Counted from the first letter of the stretch, positions 30,201-42,220 are shown. The stretch: 64,000 nt of DNA from a virus (IMGVR_UViG_3300044878_000087:194432-258431), one strand, 5' to 3'. A program made the numbers and translations. The notes: generated by a model from the letters alone, not told the origin.

Positions 30201-33200
30201 CATTACCTAACAGGTCTTTAGCATCAGCAGCTGTACTAACGGCATCGCCAACGGAGTCCATGATACCCCCGCCTTCCTCTTCTTCCTCTTCCTTCTTCTT
30301 GCCCCGCATCTTATCCCACAGACCACCTAAGGCCGTAGACATCTTGCTGAACAAGCCTTTGGATTCAGTCTGCTCTTTCTCTTTCTTAGCATCACTTGCT
30401 TTCTCATCGGCTGTCTTCTGTTCGGCTTTATCCATCCAGCTACCTTTCCGATTTTTCTTCGGTACGGTTTCACGGATAGCATCACGAATCTGTACCAACA
30501 CTTGGTCAGTAGTGGACAGGCTTGCAAGTTGACGTTTAGAGAATGCACCGATAGGCGCCAGGACAGTCTTAGCGAGTGCCTGAGCATCGTTACCCATCTC
30601 ACGACCGAGAGCACCGTAATACTTCTTGGTGAGGTTCCAGTAACCTTTGGCGGCGCCACGGACGATCTTACGCAAGAAGCCTTGGTTCTTAGCGATCGAG
30701 TGCTTCTTACCGTTGGTATCTACCAGACTTTTCAGTTCGGACTTATCCAACAGAGGTTCGCCGGATTCAGCATCGAACACAGGGCCTTTGATATCCCCGA
30801 AGGACTTCAATGGTTTCTGGTCTTGGTCTAGGTAACCGCCTTCCTTCAGTTTGTCAACTGTCAGAACAGGTTTGACTTGTCCCGGTAAATAAGCATCACG
30901 TTCACCCATGATTCGAGCAGCAGTGTTACGAGCGATAGCCCAAGCTACACGACCAGCGAACTTCATACCAGCCATAACGTTCTGGGTTGTATTACCACGC
31001 CAGATCTGTTTAGCCAAAGCGGCGGCACGGTTCTTCACGTCAGTCATGTCGAACTTCTTGCCATCGGTAGAACGTAGACCTTTTGCCAGATCCTGAGCCG
31101 TAGCTACAACCATGCCGTATTGGTCAGTGATCGTACCTTTGATGTCATCCAACGAATAAATAGGTTCCCCAGTTTCTTCGTCGATCAAAGCACCTTCGGC
31201 TAGATCACGTGCCTTAATAATGACACGGTCAGTACCTTCGATACACCAGTCCTTCAGGTCGTCTAGTTTCTCTTTGGCTTGGCTCAATGAGTTAGCAGCA
31301 TGCTTGGCAATAACAGCTTGCACAGCATCCAACTTAGCTTTAGCCTGAACCATCAGATTACCACGGTTGTCATACAAACCACGGGCTACTTCTTCAGCAG
31401 AAGCAACTTGTTGGTTGTAGATGTTCCGTACTTCACCTGTGATGTCAGAAGCCTTCTGGATTACCTTGCCGGTGTTGACGTCAATCAACTTACCCTGTAC
31501 CATATCGACAGCTTTGATAATGGTGTCGTTAGCTGCTTCCAGTTTCAGATCGACAATGCCCATTGCTTCGGACTGTTTCATCTTGTCGACTGAATCATGA
31601 CCTAGAGCCAGGACTTGGTTACCCATGCCCAAAGCCTTTTGACCAGCATCAGATGCCAACGCTTTCTGACCAGCCTCATTAGCTGTACCAATCGAATCGA
31701 TAATAGCTTTCGCCATCTTCAATCGAGCTTCTTTAACAGCAGGAGGTTCTTTGTCGATAGCGTTGTTCAATAGGGCTTTAGCAAAGTCCAGTTTCTCTTG
31801 AACAGAGAAGTGTTCCATGATTGCTGGGAGACCACCTGCTTTCGCAGCATCAGCTGCAGCAGTTGCGGAATCACGCAATGTACCTGCACGATCTTTAACA
31901 GCAGCAGAGCCAGCATTATACTGGTCACGCATGAACTGTTGTGGATCAGCTTTGAATTGATCCATCAGGTCACGTGCACCTGCTTTCATCTTCTGGGCTT
32001 GAGGGCCTTCCAAGAATCGAACAGCGGCAGACTGAGTACGTGCAGAGAATGCACCAGGGAACTGAGGACCCACAAAGTTCTTGTTAGTAACATCGCCAGA
32101 AGCATCGTGGTAATTAGCACCTTGACCAGCATGGCGCATACTAACGTCTTGAGACATCATCTGCCAGAGCATCGGGTAGTTAATCCGATCTTGCCCGTCG
32201 ACAGTTTGCAGAATCCCCAGTTCACGAAGTTGATCAGTTTTACCTGCTTCGATCAGACGATGGATTTCTTGTGCTGGATCACGTGATACGTTACGGATGT
32301 CCAGGAACGAGTCCGACATCTTCTTACGCTTTTCATGGTTAGCTGCAGTATCTGCAAACTTACCTTTCTCATCACGTTCGAATTGACCTTTGAAGAATGC
32401 TTCTAGTTCAGCCAGAGTCTCTTTCGAGGTCCCTTCTTTATAGCCGTTCTTGGAACCATAACGCATTGGGTCAAAACGTTTGTTAGTGGAGGCATCCCGC
32501 AGCAGTCGTTCACTCAATGCCTTACGAGCACCAGTCGACAACTTACCATCTTGGTCGATGATATCCAGAGTCTCAGAGATCTGGCCCGATACCATCCGGG
32601 TAGTACCTTTCGATACGATACGATCTTTCTGGTTAGCCAACGCTTCCTTAGAAGTCGTGAACACACCTTTAGTGATATCGAAGACTTCCATTGGGATGTC
32701 ATCTTTACCGCTACGGATCATACGCAGTTCACGCAAGATACGCGCCTGGAATCCTGGGAGGATCTCAGTCAACGAACGCTGTGATAACTGGTTGAACGCT
32801 GTGTGCTGGCCAATTGTTTGATAGTTACCCGCCTTAGTCGATGTGTCCAAACCAAACTGTGGTGCAAACGGACGCAGCATATCTTGCAGGACGCCTTTGG
32901 CCCCGTAAGAGTTCTGGTAGTTGTTCACAAACTCCTGCATCATAGCAGGCATGTTATCCAGGGCATAACCGACTTGGTTATGTTTACCTTTACCATGCTT
33001 GTTAGACAAGCGAGTCATGGCAGGACGTAATGCACGACCAGCGATTGGGGCGATAGTGTTACGAGCAAGCCCGTGTAAACCATCTGCAGCCATACCACCC
33101 GCTAAGCGATAACGTTGGTCCCAGAAGTCAGACAACGACTCGCCTGTTTGCAGACCTTGAACCACACCAGACAATGCGCCAGAGGCTCTATTGTTGATAC

Positions 33201-34197
33201 GGCCTTGAACGTTACCACCGTAGTTACCCAAGAAACCACCTAGAGTACGACCTACCATCGAGGAGCCGGCCGAAGCCATACCTTGACGCATGTTCATACC
33301 AACCAGGTCTTTCATGGAAGACTTAAGGTGATCGGGTAAACCTGTGTTTCGAACCAAAGCTTGGAATGCTTTGTTTTGCATCTCCAGTTGAGCTTCTGCC
33401 AACTTGGACATGTCACGCAAGGCTTGATAAGAACGGAACTGCAGTTCTAAGCCTTTACGTTTGAAATCGTAATCGACCTGTTCAGCATAGCCTGACAAAC
33501 GAGTCAGTGAATCAACTGCTTGTGCGAGCCCGCGTGCTACGGTCTGGTGGTGTTTGTTGTCGACTTGGTCACGTAGGCCACGTTCAATACGTTCGAGGTC
33601 CCAACGCTTTTGCTCGGCGTTCTGTCCCATGTTGAACAGGTTACGCTGAACTACGGTGCCTTGGTCAACAGCACTTCGAAGATCTTCGCCCAGCCCTTGT
33701 TTGATAGATTCTTCATCTGCAGCTTTCTGCCGACGAATAGCTAAACGAGACTGATCTTGGTTCGCTTCGATTTGATATTTGTACTGGTCGACCTTATTGG
33801 ATAGGGCCGTGTTGATCCGATCGTAAGTACCCTCGGATAACTTCCCTTTCATTGAGGGTAAGAAAGACTCTGCCCGTTTGAAAAGATATTGCAAATCACC
33901 TGGGTTTGTTTTCTCTAGGTGATCTTTCAGAGACTCAGCAGAATTCTTTACCTGATCGTAAGCACCGAACAAGCGGTCATAACCCTTAGGGGCGCCGTTT
34001 GTTAAGAATGCTTTCAACAGACTTTTATTTTTGCCTTTATCCAGGATGCCATCTTTGAGTCCAGACATGAAATCCTTAACGGGGGAACGCTTTTTCCCGC
34101 TAAGTTCGTCGTCTTCAAATAGACTATCAAAGTCATCATCGAAATCGAATGCTGACTTATTACTGGCCTCCGCCAATTTTGTTTTATTGCTTGCCAT
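27208..34197 (-). CDS. tail tape measure protein with soluble lytic transglycosylase domain (phiKZ gp181-like)
   Basis: 2329 aa, Ala/Gly-rich and helical; TM-like stretch near 29930-30080; SLT motifs [34 protein letters not shown] near 27900-28270. Confidence 0.9.
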   Translation of the reverse strand: MASNKTKLAEASNKSAFDFDDDFDSLFEDDELSGKKRSPVKDFMSGLKDGILDKGKNKSLLKAFLTNGAPKGYDRLFGAYDQVKNSAESLKDHLEKTNPGDLQYLFKRAESFLPSMKGKLSEGTYDRINTALSNKVDQYKYQIEANQDQSRLAIRRQKAADEESIKQGLGEDLRSAVDQGTVVQRNLFNMGQNAEQKRWDLERIERGLRDQVDNKHHQTVARGLAQAVDSLTRLSGYAEQVDYDFKRKGLELQFRSYQALRDMSKLAEAQLEMQNKAFQALVRNTGLPDHLKSSMKDLVGMNMRQGMASAGSSMVGRTLGGFLGNYGGNVQGRINNRASGALSGVVQGLQTGESLSDFWDQRYRLAGGMAADGLHGLARNTIAPIAGRALRPAMTRLSNKHGKGKHNQVGYALDNMPAMMQEFVNNYQNSYGAKGVLQDMLRPFAPQFGLDTSTKAGNYQTIGQHTAFNQLSQRSLTEILPGFQARILRELRMIRSGKDDIPMEVFDITKGVFTTSKEALANQKDRIVSKGTTRMVSGQISETLDIIDQDGKLSTGARKALSERLLRDASTNKRFDPMRYGSKNGYKEGTSKETLAELEAFFKGQFERDEKGKFADTAANHEKRKKMSDSFLDIRNVSRDPAQEIHRLIEAGKTDQLRELGILQTVDGQDRINYPMLWQMMSQDVSMRHAGQGANYHDASGDVTNKNFVGPQFPGAFSARTQSAAVRFLEGPQAQKMKAGARDLMDQFKADPQQFMRDQYNAGSAAVKDRAGTLRDSATAAADAAKAGGLPAIMEHFSVQEKLDFAKALLNNAIDKEPPAVKEARLKMAKAIIDSIGTANEAGQKALASDAGQKALGMGNQVLALGHDSVDKMKQSEAMGIVDLKLEAANDTIIKAVDMVQGKLIDVNTGKVIQKASDITGEVRNIYNQQVASAEEVARGLYDNRGNLMVQAKAKLDAVQAVIAKHAANSLSQAKEKLDDLKDWCIEGTDRVIIKARDLAEGALIDEETGEPIYSLDDIKGTITDQYGMVVATAQDLAKGLRSTDGKKFDMTDVKNRAAALAKQIWRGNTTQNVMAGMKFAGRVAWAIARNTAARIMGERDAYLPGQVKPVLTVDKLKEGGYLDQDQKPLKSFGDIKGPVFDAESGEPLLDKSELKSLVDTNGKKHSIAKNQGFLRKIVRGAAKGYWNLTKKYYGALGREMGNDAQALAKTVLAPIGAFSKRQLASLSTTDQVLVQIRDAIRETVPKKNRKGSWMDKAEQKTADEKASDAKKEKEQTESKGLFSKMSTALGGLWDKMRGKKKEEEEEEGGGIMDSVGDAVSTAADAKDLLGNGKGKAGRMGRWGKKIAGSRLGKMGSRIAASRLGQAAASTGGRMLASAGGQMALRGAMMVGSALASLVSAPVLIGAAVVAGVGIAGYFTYKYFAGVKGEFMSVRMLQYGITSTRQRHKILNLEQLMEKTAMRGQSPQMNVSAAGGKAIMDIMGFDKDDEAAIHRFARWMDVRFKPVFCQWLKALDTVGKTQMSLTDIEEKVDDPLKGTLVKEISMDYGDGSPFSCRDNPFGDTDPLDDTVEETKERLKALAEKYKIDPEKEKAALPGAKPKDATTEAKENKEAGALVGATAAAAAKKAIDDAKDAGKKANDDKEKAAKTVQEKVQDIAKGAGAAVVAANVANNIMPIPMATQKLAALDAIRARAYGMEALDKNSMEALMAMETRLDLQSKTDTAGQIKFNGDLEKFIAAAGGLFGMNTAEHGPDRVKFVNWLTSRFFPVAETFLTQARQTFKGKPAVAATAMKFGDQVRVANAVLGAVAPDGKSIWSGSTIFDVKGALPDLKKLADMDMEFLKLQADAVVASPTQSAGAQAAGAAAADGGKSFLSSVADKVSSAFNAATEAVSSAASSVGNALGSAASTVVGWGKSAAREVAAVGVQAYGAASEAVTGQSYGYTSSGNGGSWEQVPMPTSKDAKGSRKTMEVVASMVGVPVEYLMLFCALESNFDWTVKAGAGGSATGWFQFINSTWDWMLQQHSQKYGLPPDLGRRLRLDPRINALMGAEYLKYSMDVIKKGTGKDPTDIDLYLAHFLGPGTAVKWLKLPKNTIGANAFPKEAAANPSIFKEKGGQLRTLGQIEKSFDDRMNKFRAIATAGTAGGAAVPLKVEDVEKQAAEAKAKEAESVAAEEGKFIPGVSAMPGGPSATGSTPTNTGTGGPSMAPSTGAATQAPAGSSTAPVGVMAPSSAAPSAEAQPSVDNPTTQAAQNASLAKDQQRAQQVQQSTKNDTAIMSVHQEQLETQKAMLEALKQLVSQQGSGGKGNSMPQQQQSRSANKAAFPVPV

Positions 34198-34220
34198 GGT
34201 TGTACTCCAGACATGAACTT

Positions 34221-34224
34221 CATA
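34221..34224 (-). promoter_or_regulatory. possible late promoter core (TATG) for the tail operon
   Basis: TATG 24 nt upstream of the tape measure start in a 53-nt divergent spacer; the motif is short, so support is weak. Confidence 0.35.
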
Positions 34225-34250
34225 TCGTTAACCCCAAAAGGACCCGAAAG

Positions 34251-35903
34251 ATGAAAAAGGCCTTATTACCTTTCAACATTTCGCTGCTTATCCCAGATAG
34301 AAATATGCTCGCTCGACTCGGTCGAGTAACCTCACACGAGATCTTCGTGGGCAATGGGGGTAACTTCCATGAGGAAGGTTTATTCTCCGTTTCTATTTTT
34401 GGACGGGTGGGTAGTCATGAACGCGAAAGTAACTTCGGTTACATCAAGTTGGGTCTCCCTGTAATCCATCCCTTGGTTTATCGCAACATCCTGAAGCTGA
34501 AAGGTTTCTATGAGGAAATCATCCTCGGTCGTTCCTTTGCTGTGTTTGATGAAGAAACAAAAGACTTTATCAAAGCTTCGGAACTAGATGGACAAACAGG
34601 CTACACGTTCTTCTTCGACAATTGGAAGCGTGTGACATTCAAAGAAACGGATTCCGATATTCGTCGGGTACGTTTGAAGCTTGTGAATGAAAACATGGAG
34701 CGTGCTGATCTACATGCAATGTTGGTAATCCCTGCAGCTTATCGTGAAGCTGAACCTAACCCTGACGGACGTATCGAATATGACGAGATTAATGATGTAT
34801 ACCGCGGTCTCCTCCAGCAGTCGACCGGTATCCCCGAGCATTTTGGTGCTAATGCTGACCTCTCAATGTATGACAAACGCCGGGTGGCGATGCAGCTAAA
34901 GGTCCAAGAGATCTATGACCACTACGAGAAACTGATCTCTGGTAAGTCGGGCTACGTACAATCGAAGTGGGCATCCCGCCGTGTGTTCAACGGCACTCGT
35001 AACGTCATTAGTTCGATGGATACTAACGCTGCTGACTTGGGTGAACCGAACCGTCCTAAGTTTAAAGACTGTGTGATTGGTTTGCATCAAGCTAGTCGTG
35101 GTGCTGCTCCAAAGACGATCTATGGTTTGCGTCATGGTATCGTAGGTGAGATCTTTGAAACCATGTCTAACCGGGTAGAACTGGTTAACAAGAAGACGTT
35201 GGTTAAAGAGTGGGTCGATGTGTCTGTGGATGACATGGATACTTGGTCTACACCGCAAGGTCTCGAACGGGTAATGAACGAACTCGAAGTTATCGACAAG
35301 CGTTCACGAGCTGTAGAAGTAGCTGGGCATTACCTAGCACTGGTCTATCTCGACGATAAGAAGAACTATCGTATCCTTCGCGACATCAATGACATCCCAC
35401 CTGGGTTCGATCAGAAGTGGGCTCGTCCGATTACATACGCTGAACTCATCTACCTTGGTGGTTTAAGTATGTGGTACAAACTGCGTGGGTTCGTAACTCG
35501 TTACCCCGTAGAAAACTACAACAGTTCTATCCCGGTGTCTATCTACGTGAAGACTACCGTGACTGGTGAACTGCGCTATCCCCTCGGTCCAGATTTCAAA
35601 CGAGATCCTGATGGACCGGTGGCATTTGAATATCCAATGCTTGAAGTTGGTAAGACTGCACAGTGGCACGACTCTACGTCTGTATCCCCTGCTATTCTTT
35701 CTCCACTCGGCGCTGACTTCGACGGTGACACCGTATCGGTAAACATTGTTTACTCGAAAGAAGCTCTAGAAGAAATCGATCAGTTCTTCCGCTCCCGTAT
35801 TGCGTATACCGATGCTGAAGGTGGATTGGCTTTCCGTTCTACTATTCACACCGTTAACCTAGTACTCCGGTATATGACTGGCGATCCAAAACCAAGGACC
35901 TAA
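34251..35903 (+). CDS. rpoC: virion RNA polymerase beta'-like subunit (phiKZ gp180-like)
   Basis: LGADFDGD catalytic motif; GLFSVSIFG, FGYIKL, SGKSG...GTRNVI; AAGGA RBS before ATG 34251. Confidence 0.92.
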   Translation: MKKALLPFNISLLIPDRNMLARLGRVTSHEIFVGNGGNFHEEGLFSVSIFGRVGSHERESNFGYIKLGLPVIHPLVYRNILKLKGFYEEIILGRSFAVFDEETKDFIKASELDGQTGYTFFFDNWKRVTFKETDSDIRRVRLKLVNENMERADLHAMLVIPAAYREAEPNPDGRIEYDEINDVYRGLLQQSTGIPEHFGANADLSMYDKRRVAMQLKVQEIYDHYEKLISGKSGYVQSKWASRRVFNGTRNVISSMDTNAADLGEPNRPKFKDCVIGLHQASRGAAPKTIYGLRHGIVGEIFETMSNRVELVNKKTLVKEWVDVSVDDMDTWSTPQGLERVMNELEVIDKRSRAVEVAGHYLALVYLDDKKNYRILRDINDIPPGFDQKWARPITYAELIYLGGLSMWYKLRGFVTRYPVENYNSSIPVSIYVKTTVTGELRYPLGPDFKRDPDGPVAFEYPMLEVGKTAQWHDSTSVSPAILSPLGADFDGDTVSVNIVYSKEALEEIDQFFRSRIAYTDAEGGLAFRSTIHTVNLVLRYMTGDPKPRT

Positions 35904-35905
35904 AC

Positions 35906-38900
35906 ATGCGCTTACAGATCGAACAATTTCGGAAACAGTATACTGTCTTCGAACAAGGTAAACTCCAACAACCAAAGCTACACCTGTTGAACAAGTTCCA
36001 TCTACCACAACGGTCGATCGTACACTTCTCTGATCCTAACTCGGCGGTTCGCGGACCGTCGCAGTCAGATCCGATGTTCAACAAAGCTACCGGTAAAGTG
36101 TACATCGAACATGTACTGAACCTGGTATCGACTGAGGGTAACCCTCGGAAGTCTGCACTGACTGGTAACAAGCTCCAAGCTGAGTTCCGTCAACATCATG
36201 CATTCTTCAAGCCATTGACTAAAGATGAGGCGTTGTCTATCAACCCTCTCAACATCATGGTGTACAATTATAACCTGCTGGACCCACAGTGGATCTATCA
36301 GGCTAACTTCAAAGCATCGTTCATGCGTTGGTCTAACAACCAGCGTACGTTCTGGCAAAACGTTGCTGCCTCCCACCGTCGTTTCGGTTGGGAACAATTT
36401 GTAGAGATTCACCTACCAGAACAAATGCCTGACCTCGCTTCTTTTAAGCGAATGACAGACAACCAGAACCAGACCATGCTGGAACATTTCACCACACCGC
36501 AACAGTTCTCTATTTGGGACCTGTATCGTTGGTTGGGTCCAATGCGTGAACAATCAATGATGTCGGTTGTTCAGCCAGACATGTACAACAAGATCTGGTT
36601 CTTGATCCGTGCTCGTGACCGGTTCGTGGTTCTCAACATGGGTGCGCTGGATGAATGGCGTGACGGCTCTAAAGATGCTGAGGTATCGGTAGAACAGTTT
36701 ATCCAATCGTTCGGTAAGGAAGTATTCAACATCGGGTATGAAGATATCCGTGAGAATGAGCAACCTGCGTTCAACCACATTCACACCGTGATGCAAGAGT
36801 ACGGTCTGACTAACCAAGTTTCACAGGAACACTTTGTAAACGCCCTGGGTCTGGAAGCCTTCTTTCCGCCAGCGGTAATGCAGCGTCGTGTATTGTCCTT
36901 GCTGACTGCCATGACGGAATATAGCCATCAGGCGGAAACTCTATCTACTGTTATCGACCACTCTAAGTTGGTTGACGTAGAAGAAGACAATGGGGACAGC
37001 AAACATGAGAGTGAAGAAGACGACAGCGAAAATCACGGGAGTGAACTTGGCAGTCAGGATGACGAAGTCGACAGTCCACCGGCAGAAGACACGTTCGACA
37101 TCCCAGCCTTTAGTATCCCTAGTCTCGACTTCTCCGAAGATGGAGCAACTTATAACCCGCCGGACGCAGAGCTCTTCACCACGAAGCTCCAGATTGAAAG
37201 TGATTCTGAACTGGTTCATCGGCCAAGGGAGCTTAAGGTCGAAACTCAACGAGTCGATGCCATCCCTCCTGAAGTGGCTGAAGCCGAGCCGGTAGTTGCT
37301 GGTGTAGCTCAACCTGCTTACGATCTGTACAAGCTGGGCATTATTGCTCCGCGTACTTTCGAACAAGCCCTGCAAGATGCACAGTCTTTCAAGACGATCA
37401 AAGATCCATTCGGTTCAGGTCAGTCTTTGGAAGAAGCGATGGAATATAAGCAAGAAGACTATGCTCTTCCTGCTGAAACACAACTGGCTGATTCGGATAC
37501 CATTCTCGATAAGTCGATGCTGGGTTCCAAGCTCAAGGCAATGACACGTAAGTATCAAACTGGTCTGCGTAACAAGGACTTGATCCAAGCAGTCATGTCG
37601 GTACAGAAACAAGGTACAGCTGTAACGAACTACGAAGTGGAAGAAGTGCGTAACGCAATGAACCACTACGAGATCCACAAAGTTACTCTGAAGCCTATTC
37701 GTGGTAAGCCTGGGACTGTGTACTTCCGTATTCCTGTCGTAGACCGCGATGGTCGTTTCGTATCCAACGGTGTTACTTACCGGATGCGTATGCAACGTGC
37801 TGACTTGCCTATTCGTAAGGTGAAGCCTGACACCGTAGCAATGACTTCGTACTACAACAAGACATTCGTAACGCGTTCTCATCTCGCAGCACACAACTAC
37901 GACGCATGGATTACCCGTCAAGTCCGTGAGCGTGCTCTAGACCCTGCTGACGATCGTGTAACCGGTGTTCTGTATGCTGAGCTCGATCAATCGATGTATG
38001 CTCTCCCACGAGTCTATACTCAACTAGGTTCTGCATTCCGTGGTTTCACTTCGGGCCCTATGTTCTTGTACTTCAAGTTCGACGACCACATTGAATACTT
38101 CCAATCTAAGTACAAGATCGATGCTACCCAGCATGAATCGAAACAGTACACGATGGTTGGCGTGCACAATGGCAAGACACCGATCATGATCGATAAGACT
38201 GGTCAGTTCTATGTGAAGGACAAAGACAACCTCGAGCCTCTGGGTTCCATCATTGAAGTGTTGGGACTGGACCAAGCCAAAGCACCGCTCGAAGGTGCAT
38301 TCATGAACGTTGGTTCGAAAGAACTACCAATGGCGTTTGTGTTTGGTTACAAGTACGGTCTGACCGCTACACTGAAACGACTCAATGCGAAGTATACCCG
38401 TCACCGTCGTGGTGAACGTATCCCGTTGACTTCCGATAATTACGTGTTGGCTTTCCAAGACGAAGTGTTGGTATTCGATCGTGGAGACTATCGCACACAA
38501 CTCGTACTCGGTGGTATGCGTAAGTATGCTAAGTTGATGCCTAACTTTTCTATCTACGATTTCGATAAGCCTGATGTGTATCAGCGTCTCCTGTTAGAAA
38601 CTGGGATGACTGCACGATTCACAAAAGAGATCGATGCATTGTTCGCTGCCTGGATGGACCCGATTACTGAAGGTCTGTTGAAACAGATGGGTGAACCTAC
38701 TACGTTTGATGCCTTGCTGTATCGAGCTGTAGACATGTTGCTGATCGACTGGTCGCCTTCCGAGGTAGACGGTGCTTACATGCGTTATCGTGGCTATGAG
38801 CGTATGGCAGGTACTGTGTATAACGAACTGAACAAAGCGGTTAAACGTTTCAACGGTTCGACTGGTTCTGCTGCTGTTCAAGTGCAGATGGACCCAGCTG

Positions 38901-40384
38901 TTGTATGGAAGAAGATCGCACAAGATCCTACCGTGATGGTTGTTGAAGACTCTAACCCACTGGCTAACATCCGTGAACAAGAGTCGATGACTTATCGTGG
39001 TGATGGTGGTCGGTCTACTACATCGATGGTTGCACGTACTCGTGTGTATGGCCAAGCTGACGTTGGTGTTGTATCTGAGTCCACAGTTGACTCCGGTGAC
39101 GTAGGTGTTATTGCTTACCTCACACCAGATGCTAACTTCAACTCGATGCGTGGTACTACTCGTCCATTCGATCCGACTCAAGATGGTCCAGCTCGACAAC
39201 TGTCGACTTGTGCTCTGTTGGGTGTGGCTACTACGAACGACGATACCAAGCGTATTAACTTCATCTCGATTCAACAACAACAAGGTATTTATGCTGATGG
39301 ATACGAGCCCACTCCACTTCGGACAGGCTATGAGCAAATTGTGGCCCAACGTACAAGCAGCATCTTTGCTTCTGCGGCGGAAGATGACGGTAAGGTTATT
39401 GCCGTTAACGAGTATGGGATTACTGTCGAGTACGCTAATGGTGAAACTACGTCGTACCAAATGGGCAAGATCCACGGCTCAGCAGCAGGTACCCACTACC
39501 CACACTCCATCATCTCCGACCTGAAAGCTGGCGATACGTTCAAGCGTGGTCAAACCCTAGCTTACAACGAGAAGTACTTCACTCCAGATCGCATGTCCCC
39601 AGGGCAAGTAATTTGGAAAGCTGGTATCAACACAGTCGTTGCGTTCAGTGACAACTTGGATACCCTAGAAGACGGCTCGGTGATTTCCGAAAGCTGTGCT
39701 ATTAAGATGAACACTCAAACCTCCAAGATCAAATCGATCGCGGTTAAGTTCGAGCAGAACATCGAAAACATGGTTAAAGTCGGTGATCACGTGGACTTGG
39801 ATTCAATTCTATGTACGATTAAAGACCCCGACTCGGGTGGTGGCTCAGTGTTTGATGAGGTATCGCGTGAAACACTCGCGAAGCTCTCTAACTATTCCCC
39901 TCGTGCGAAGGTCGTTGGTGTAGTGTCTAAAGTCGAAGTCTTCTATCACGGTGATCGTGATGAGATGTCGGATAGCCTGCGCAAGATCGCTTATGAATCG
40001 GACAAGATCCGTGAAGCTGAATCGACAGCTCGTGGACAACAGTTCTTCAGTGGTGAAGTGGATCATGAATACCGCATCCGTGGTAATGGTCTGGAACCAC
40101 AGTCTTTGGTAATCAACGTTTACATCGATCACGATATCCCTTGTGGTGTCGGTGACAAAGGTGTAGTTGCTAACCAGATGAAGACAGTATTCTCCCGAGT
40201 CATGCGCGGCGTTAACCAAACTAAATCTGGTTTGGACATCGACCTGATCTTCGGTAACACATCCGTAGAAGAGCGGATGGTACTGAGTCCTAAACTCATC
40301 GGAACCACAACTATTCTTCTCGCTGAATTGTCCAAGCACCTGGTAGGTGTCTACAGAGGAACCGCAAATGCAAAATCTAAGTAA
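35906..40384 (+). CDS. rpoB: virion RNA polymerase beta-like subunit (phiKZ gp178-like)
   Basis: 1492 aa; TYRGDGGR, SESTVDSGDVG, RINFISIQQQQ, LEDGSVISE, GDKGVVANQMK, DLIFG. Confidence 0.9.
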   Translation: MRLQIEQFRKQYTVFEQGKLQQPKLHLLNKFHLPQRSIVHFSDPNSAVRGPSQSDPMFNKATGKVYIEHVLNLVSTEGNPRKSALTGNKLQAEFRQHHAFFKPLTKDEALSINPLNIMVYNYNLLDPQWIYQANFKASFMRWSNNQRTFWQNVAASHRRFGWEQFVEIHLPEQMPDLASFKRMTDNQNQTMLEHFTTPQQFSIWDLYRWLGPMREQSMMSVVQPDMYNKIWFLIRARDRFVVLNMGALDEWRDGSKDAEVSVEQFIQSFGKEVFNIGYEDIRENEQPAFNHIHTVMQEYGLTNQVSQEHFVNALGLEAFFPPAVMQRRVLSLLTAMTEYSHQAETLSTVIDHSKLVDVEEDNGDSKHESEEDDSENHGSELGSQDDEVDSPPAEDTFDIPAFSIPSLDFSEDGATYNPPDAELFTTKLQIESDSELVHRPRELKVETQRVDAIPPEVAEAEPVVAGVAQPAYDLYKLGIIAPRTFEQALQDAQSFKTIKDPFGSGQSLEEAMEYKQEDYALPAETQLADSDTILDKSMLGSKLKAMTRKYQTGLRNKDLIQAVMSVQKQGTAVTNYEVEEVRNAMNHYEIHKVTLKPIRGKPGTVYFRIPVVDRDGRFVSNGVTYRMRMQRADLPIRKVKPDTVAMTSYYNKTFVTRSHLAAHNYDAWITRQVRERALDPADDRVTGVLYAELDQSMYALPRVYTQLGSAFRGFTSGPMFLYFKFDDHIEYFQSKYKIDATQHESKQYTMVGVHNGKTPIMIDKTGQFYVKDKDNLEPLGSIIEVLGLDQAKAPLEGAFMNVGSKELPMAFVFGYKYGLTATLKRLNAKYTRHRRGERIPLTSDNYVLAFQDEVLVFDRGDYRTQLVLGGMRKYAKLMPNFSIYDFDKPDVYQRLLLETGMTARFTKEIDALFAAWMDPITEGLLKQMGEPTTFDALLYRAVDMLLIDWSPSEVDGAYMRYRGYERMAGTVYNELNKAVKRFNGSTGSAAVQVQMDPAVVWKKIAQDPTVMVVEDSNPLANIREQESMTYRGDGGRSTTSMVARTRVYGQADVGVVSESTVDSGDVGVIAYLTPDANFNSMRGTTRPFDPTQDGPARQLSTCALLGVATTNDDTKRINFISIQQQQGIYADGYEPTPLRTGYEQIVAQRTSSIFASAAEDDGKVIAVNEYGITVEYANGETTSYQMGKIHGSAAGTHYPHSIISDLKAGDTFKRGQTLAYNEKYFTPDRMSPGQVIWKAGINTVVAFSDNLDTLEDGSVISESCAIKMNTQTSKIKSIAVKFEQNIENMVKVGDHVDLDSILCTIKDPDSGGGSVFDEVSRETLAKLSNYSPRAKVVGVVSKVEVFYHGDRDEMSDSLRKIAYESDKIREAESTARGQQFFSGEVDHEYRIRGNGLEPQSLVINVYIDHDIPCGVGDKGVVANQMKTVFSRVMRGVNQTKSGLDIDLIFGNTSVEERMVLSPKLIGTTTILLAELSKHLVGVYRGTANAKSK

Positions 40385-40565
40385 CAACATCGCACACGGG
40401 CAGAATCTTTCGATTCTGTCTGCTGCTGTCAAATTGGGTTCTGAGGCTATCCTCAAAATCCTAGGCGGCGACCATACCTCTTCCACACTGAACGGGGTAT
40501 TCCTAACTGAACAAGATATCCAGGAAGCCTTGGCTGCCCGTATCGCTAAACACCTCGCAATTTAA
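40368..40565 (+). CDS. small hypothetical protein (MQNLSNN...)
   Basis: GAGGA RBS inside the 3' end of the beta gene. Confidence 0.6.
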   Translation: MQNLSNNIAHGQNLSILSAAVKLGSEAILKILGGDHTSSTLNGVFLTEQDIQEALAARIAKHLAI

Positions 40566-40575
40566 AGGAAACATC

Positions 40576-42210
40576 ATGTCTGATATCGCCACTACCGTGC
40601 AGTCGGTAAAACTGATTGCACAGCAACTGACTGAATCCAGTCAAGTTCTGGTTGTTACGAATCCTGAGTTTCCTATTGCTCAGTTCGCTAGCGGCTATGC
40701 TGTAGACGAAGCACCTTCAGCTGCTCCAGTAACAGAAGAACTCACCGCATCTGTCGAAGAACACTTCGAAGAGATGAACGAAGAACAACCGATCACTGTC
40801 GAAGAAGACAACACCAGCATGGTTGACCTCGTAGCTGCTGCACTGGGTAAGATCCAGTACAACGTAGCTAACGTGGTTATTCCTGGTATCGATTCGATGG
40901 TCCGTGATTTCAATGAGCGTCAGAAGGTTTCGACCTCTGCTGACGTTCGTGCAGATTTCTTCCGGTACGATGCTGTTCACTCTGAACCACGTCTTACTTC
41001 GCACCTGCAGAACTACGCCAACGTAAATCCACAGCCGAACTATCGGACTTTCATCCTGCCAGCTCAAGGTGTTGAACAGATCATCGAAATGGTCTCGATC
41101 AACAACCCTCATGCTGAGCGTGAGCAAATCACCGAGTGGTTGCTGAAAGTAGAACCGGAAACCATTTCCCGTACTTACTCCGATCTGTTCAACCGTAATA
41201 AAGCTCTGACTGTTGGTGAGCTGTCTTTCGTTGTTGGTACTAATGCGCCGTTCAACGTTGATGCTCTGTTGCTGGCTTACTTTCTGTGTGGTCATCTGGG
41301 TGAGAACCCATCGGAACCAGTTGGCGAGTCAGTGACCTATGAAGAGTGGGTACACGTAATGCGTATGCTCCACGAGATGCTGGGTGCTTATCTGCTGCGT
41401 GCTTATCAGCGTCGTGCTGAAGATCAACGCAACGGTGTATTCATCCTGCGTTCGGAAGCTTCTAATGCTGTCGAGAATCGTCGTCTGGTCGTATGGCTGA
41501 ACGGTGACGTTGAAGCACAGTGGAAAGCTGCTAAAGGTGATCTGGCTGCGGTCATGGGTTCTGCTCTGGAAACAGAAGGTACTCAAACCCTGGCGCGTTT
41601 GGAAGAGCGCAAGCCTTACTTCATTCAGAAGTTCCAATCGGTATACCCACTGATCCAACAAGCTGCTGCTGATAACGCTGAACGTTCCCGTCGTAAGGAC
41701 ATGATCGAATCGTTCTTCGAGCAAGCACAAACCGGTACACTGGCTGAGATGCAAGTGGATGGTCTGCGTGAGAAGATCGTTGACGCTATCCGTAAGGTTC
41801 GCCCAGAACAACTGGAAAACGAATTCCTGGCTTTCGGTTCTCTGATCTGTCAGATCTACTTCCCTGAGTCCACTTACTGGGACTACATGTGCTTGATGGA
41901 TCAGTTCTCTCAGAAAGATCCTAACATCTCTCGCCGTGAACTGTCTACCCAAGCTCTGCTGTCCCTGTACGCCGTTTGGGCAGGTTCTCAGATCCAAGTC
42001 GACCGGTTCAAGCCTGACGCAATGGAAGTGGCTCCACAGCCTCTAGAAGAGCCTACTGGTGATGAAGCTGAATCGGCTATCGCTGATGCCGCTACTGGTG
42101 AAGGTCCTCTGGCTGAAGATGCTGCAGCTGCTGATGGTGAAGAATCCGAAGAGTCTACCGGTGATGAAGCAGAAGCTGATACCTCTGAAGACGACGAACA
42201 AACTGTCTAA
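40576..42210 (+). CDS. virion head protein (phiKZ gp177-like) with acidic tail
   Basis: 544 aa; AAGGA RBS; synteny between RNAP beta and protease. Confidence 0.75.
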   Translation: MSDIATTVQSVKLIAQQLTESSQVLVVTNPEFPIAQFASGYAVDEAPSAAPVTEELTASVEEHFEEMNEEQPITVEEDNTSMVDLVAAALGKIQYNVANVVIPGIDSMVRDFNERQKVSTSADVRADFFRYDAVHSEPRLTSHLQNYANVNPQPNYRTFILPAQGVEQIIEMVSINNPHAEREQITEWLLKVEPETISRTYSDLFNRNKALTVGELSFVVGTNAPFNVDALLLAYFLCGHLGENPSEPVGESVTYEEWVHVMRMLHEMLGAYLLRAYQRRAEDQRNGVFILRSEASNAVENRRLVVWLNGDVEAQWKAAKGDLAAVMGSALETEGTQTLARLEERKPYFIQKFQSVYPLIQQAAADNAERSRRKDMIESFFEQAQTGTLAEMQVDGLREKIVDAIRKVRPEQLENEFLAFGSLICQIYFPESTYWDYMCLMDQFSQKDPNISRRELSTQALLSLYAVWAGSQIQVDRFKPDAMEVAPQPLEEPTGDEAESAIADAATGEGPLAEDAAAADGEESEESTGDEAEADTSEDDEQTV

Positions 42211-42220
42211 GGGGTAACAC

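Noticed and set aside
34149-34250. N-terminal extension of RNAP beta' in the ORF track
   Set aside because: Overlaps the divergent tape measure start; the RBS supports ATG 34251
38594-39475. 293-aa minus-strand ORF and similar shadows (847-1629, 55833-56726, 59117-59815)
   Set aside because: Antisense to well-supported genes, with no motifs or RBS
34251-40384. Introns or inteins in the RNAP subunits (seen in some phiKZ relatives)
   Set aside because: Both frames are continuous, only 2 nt apart, with expected sizes and no intein motifs
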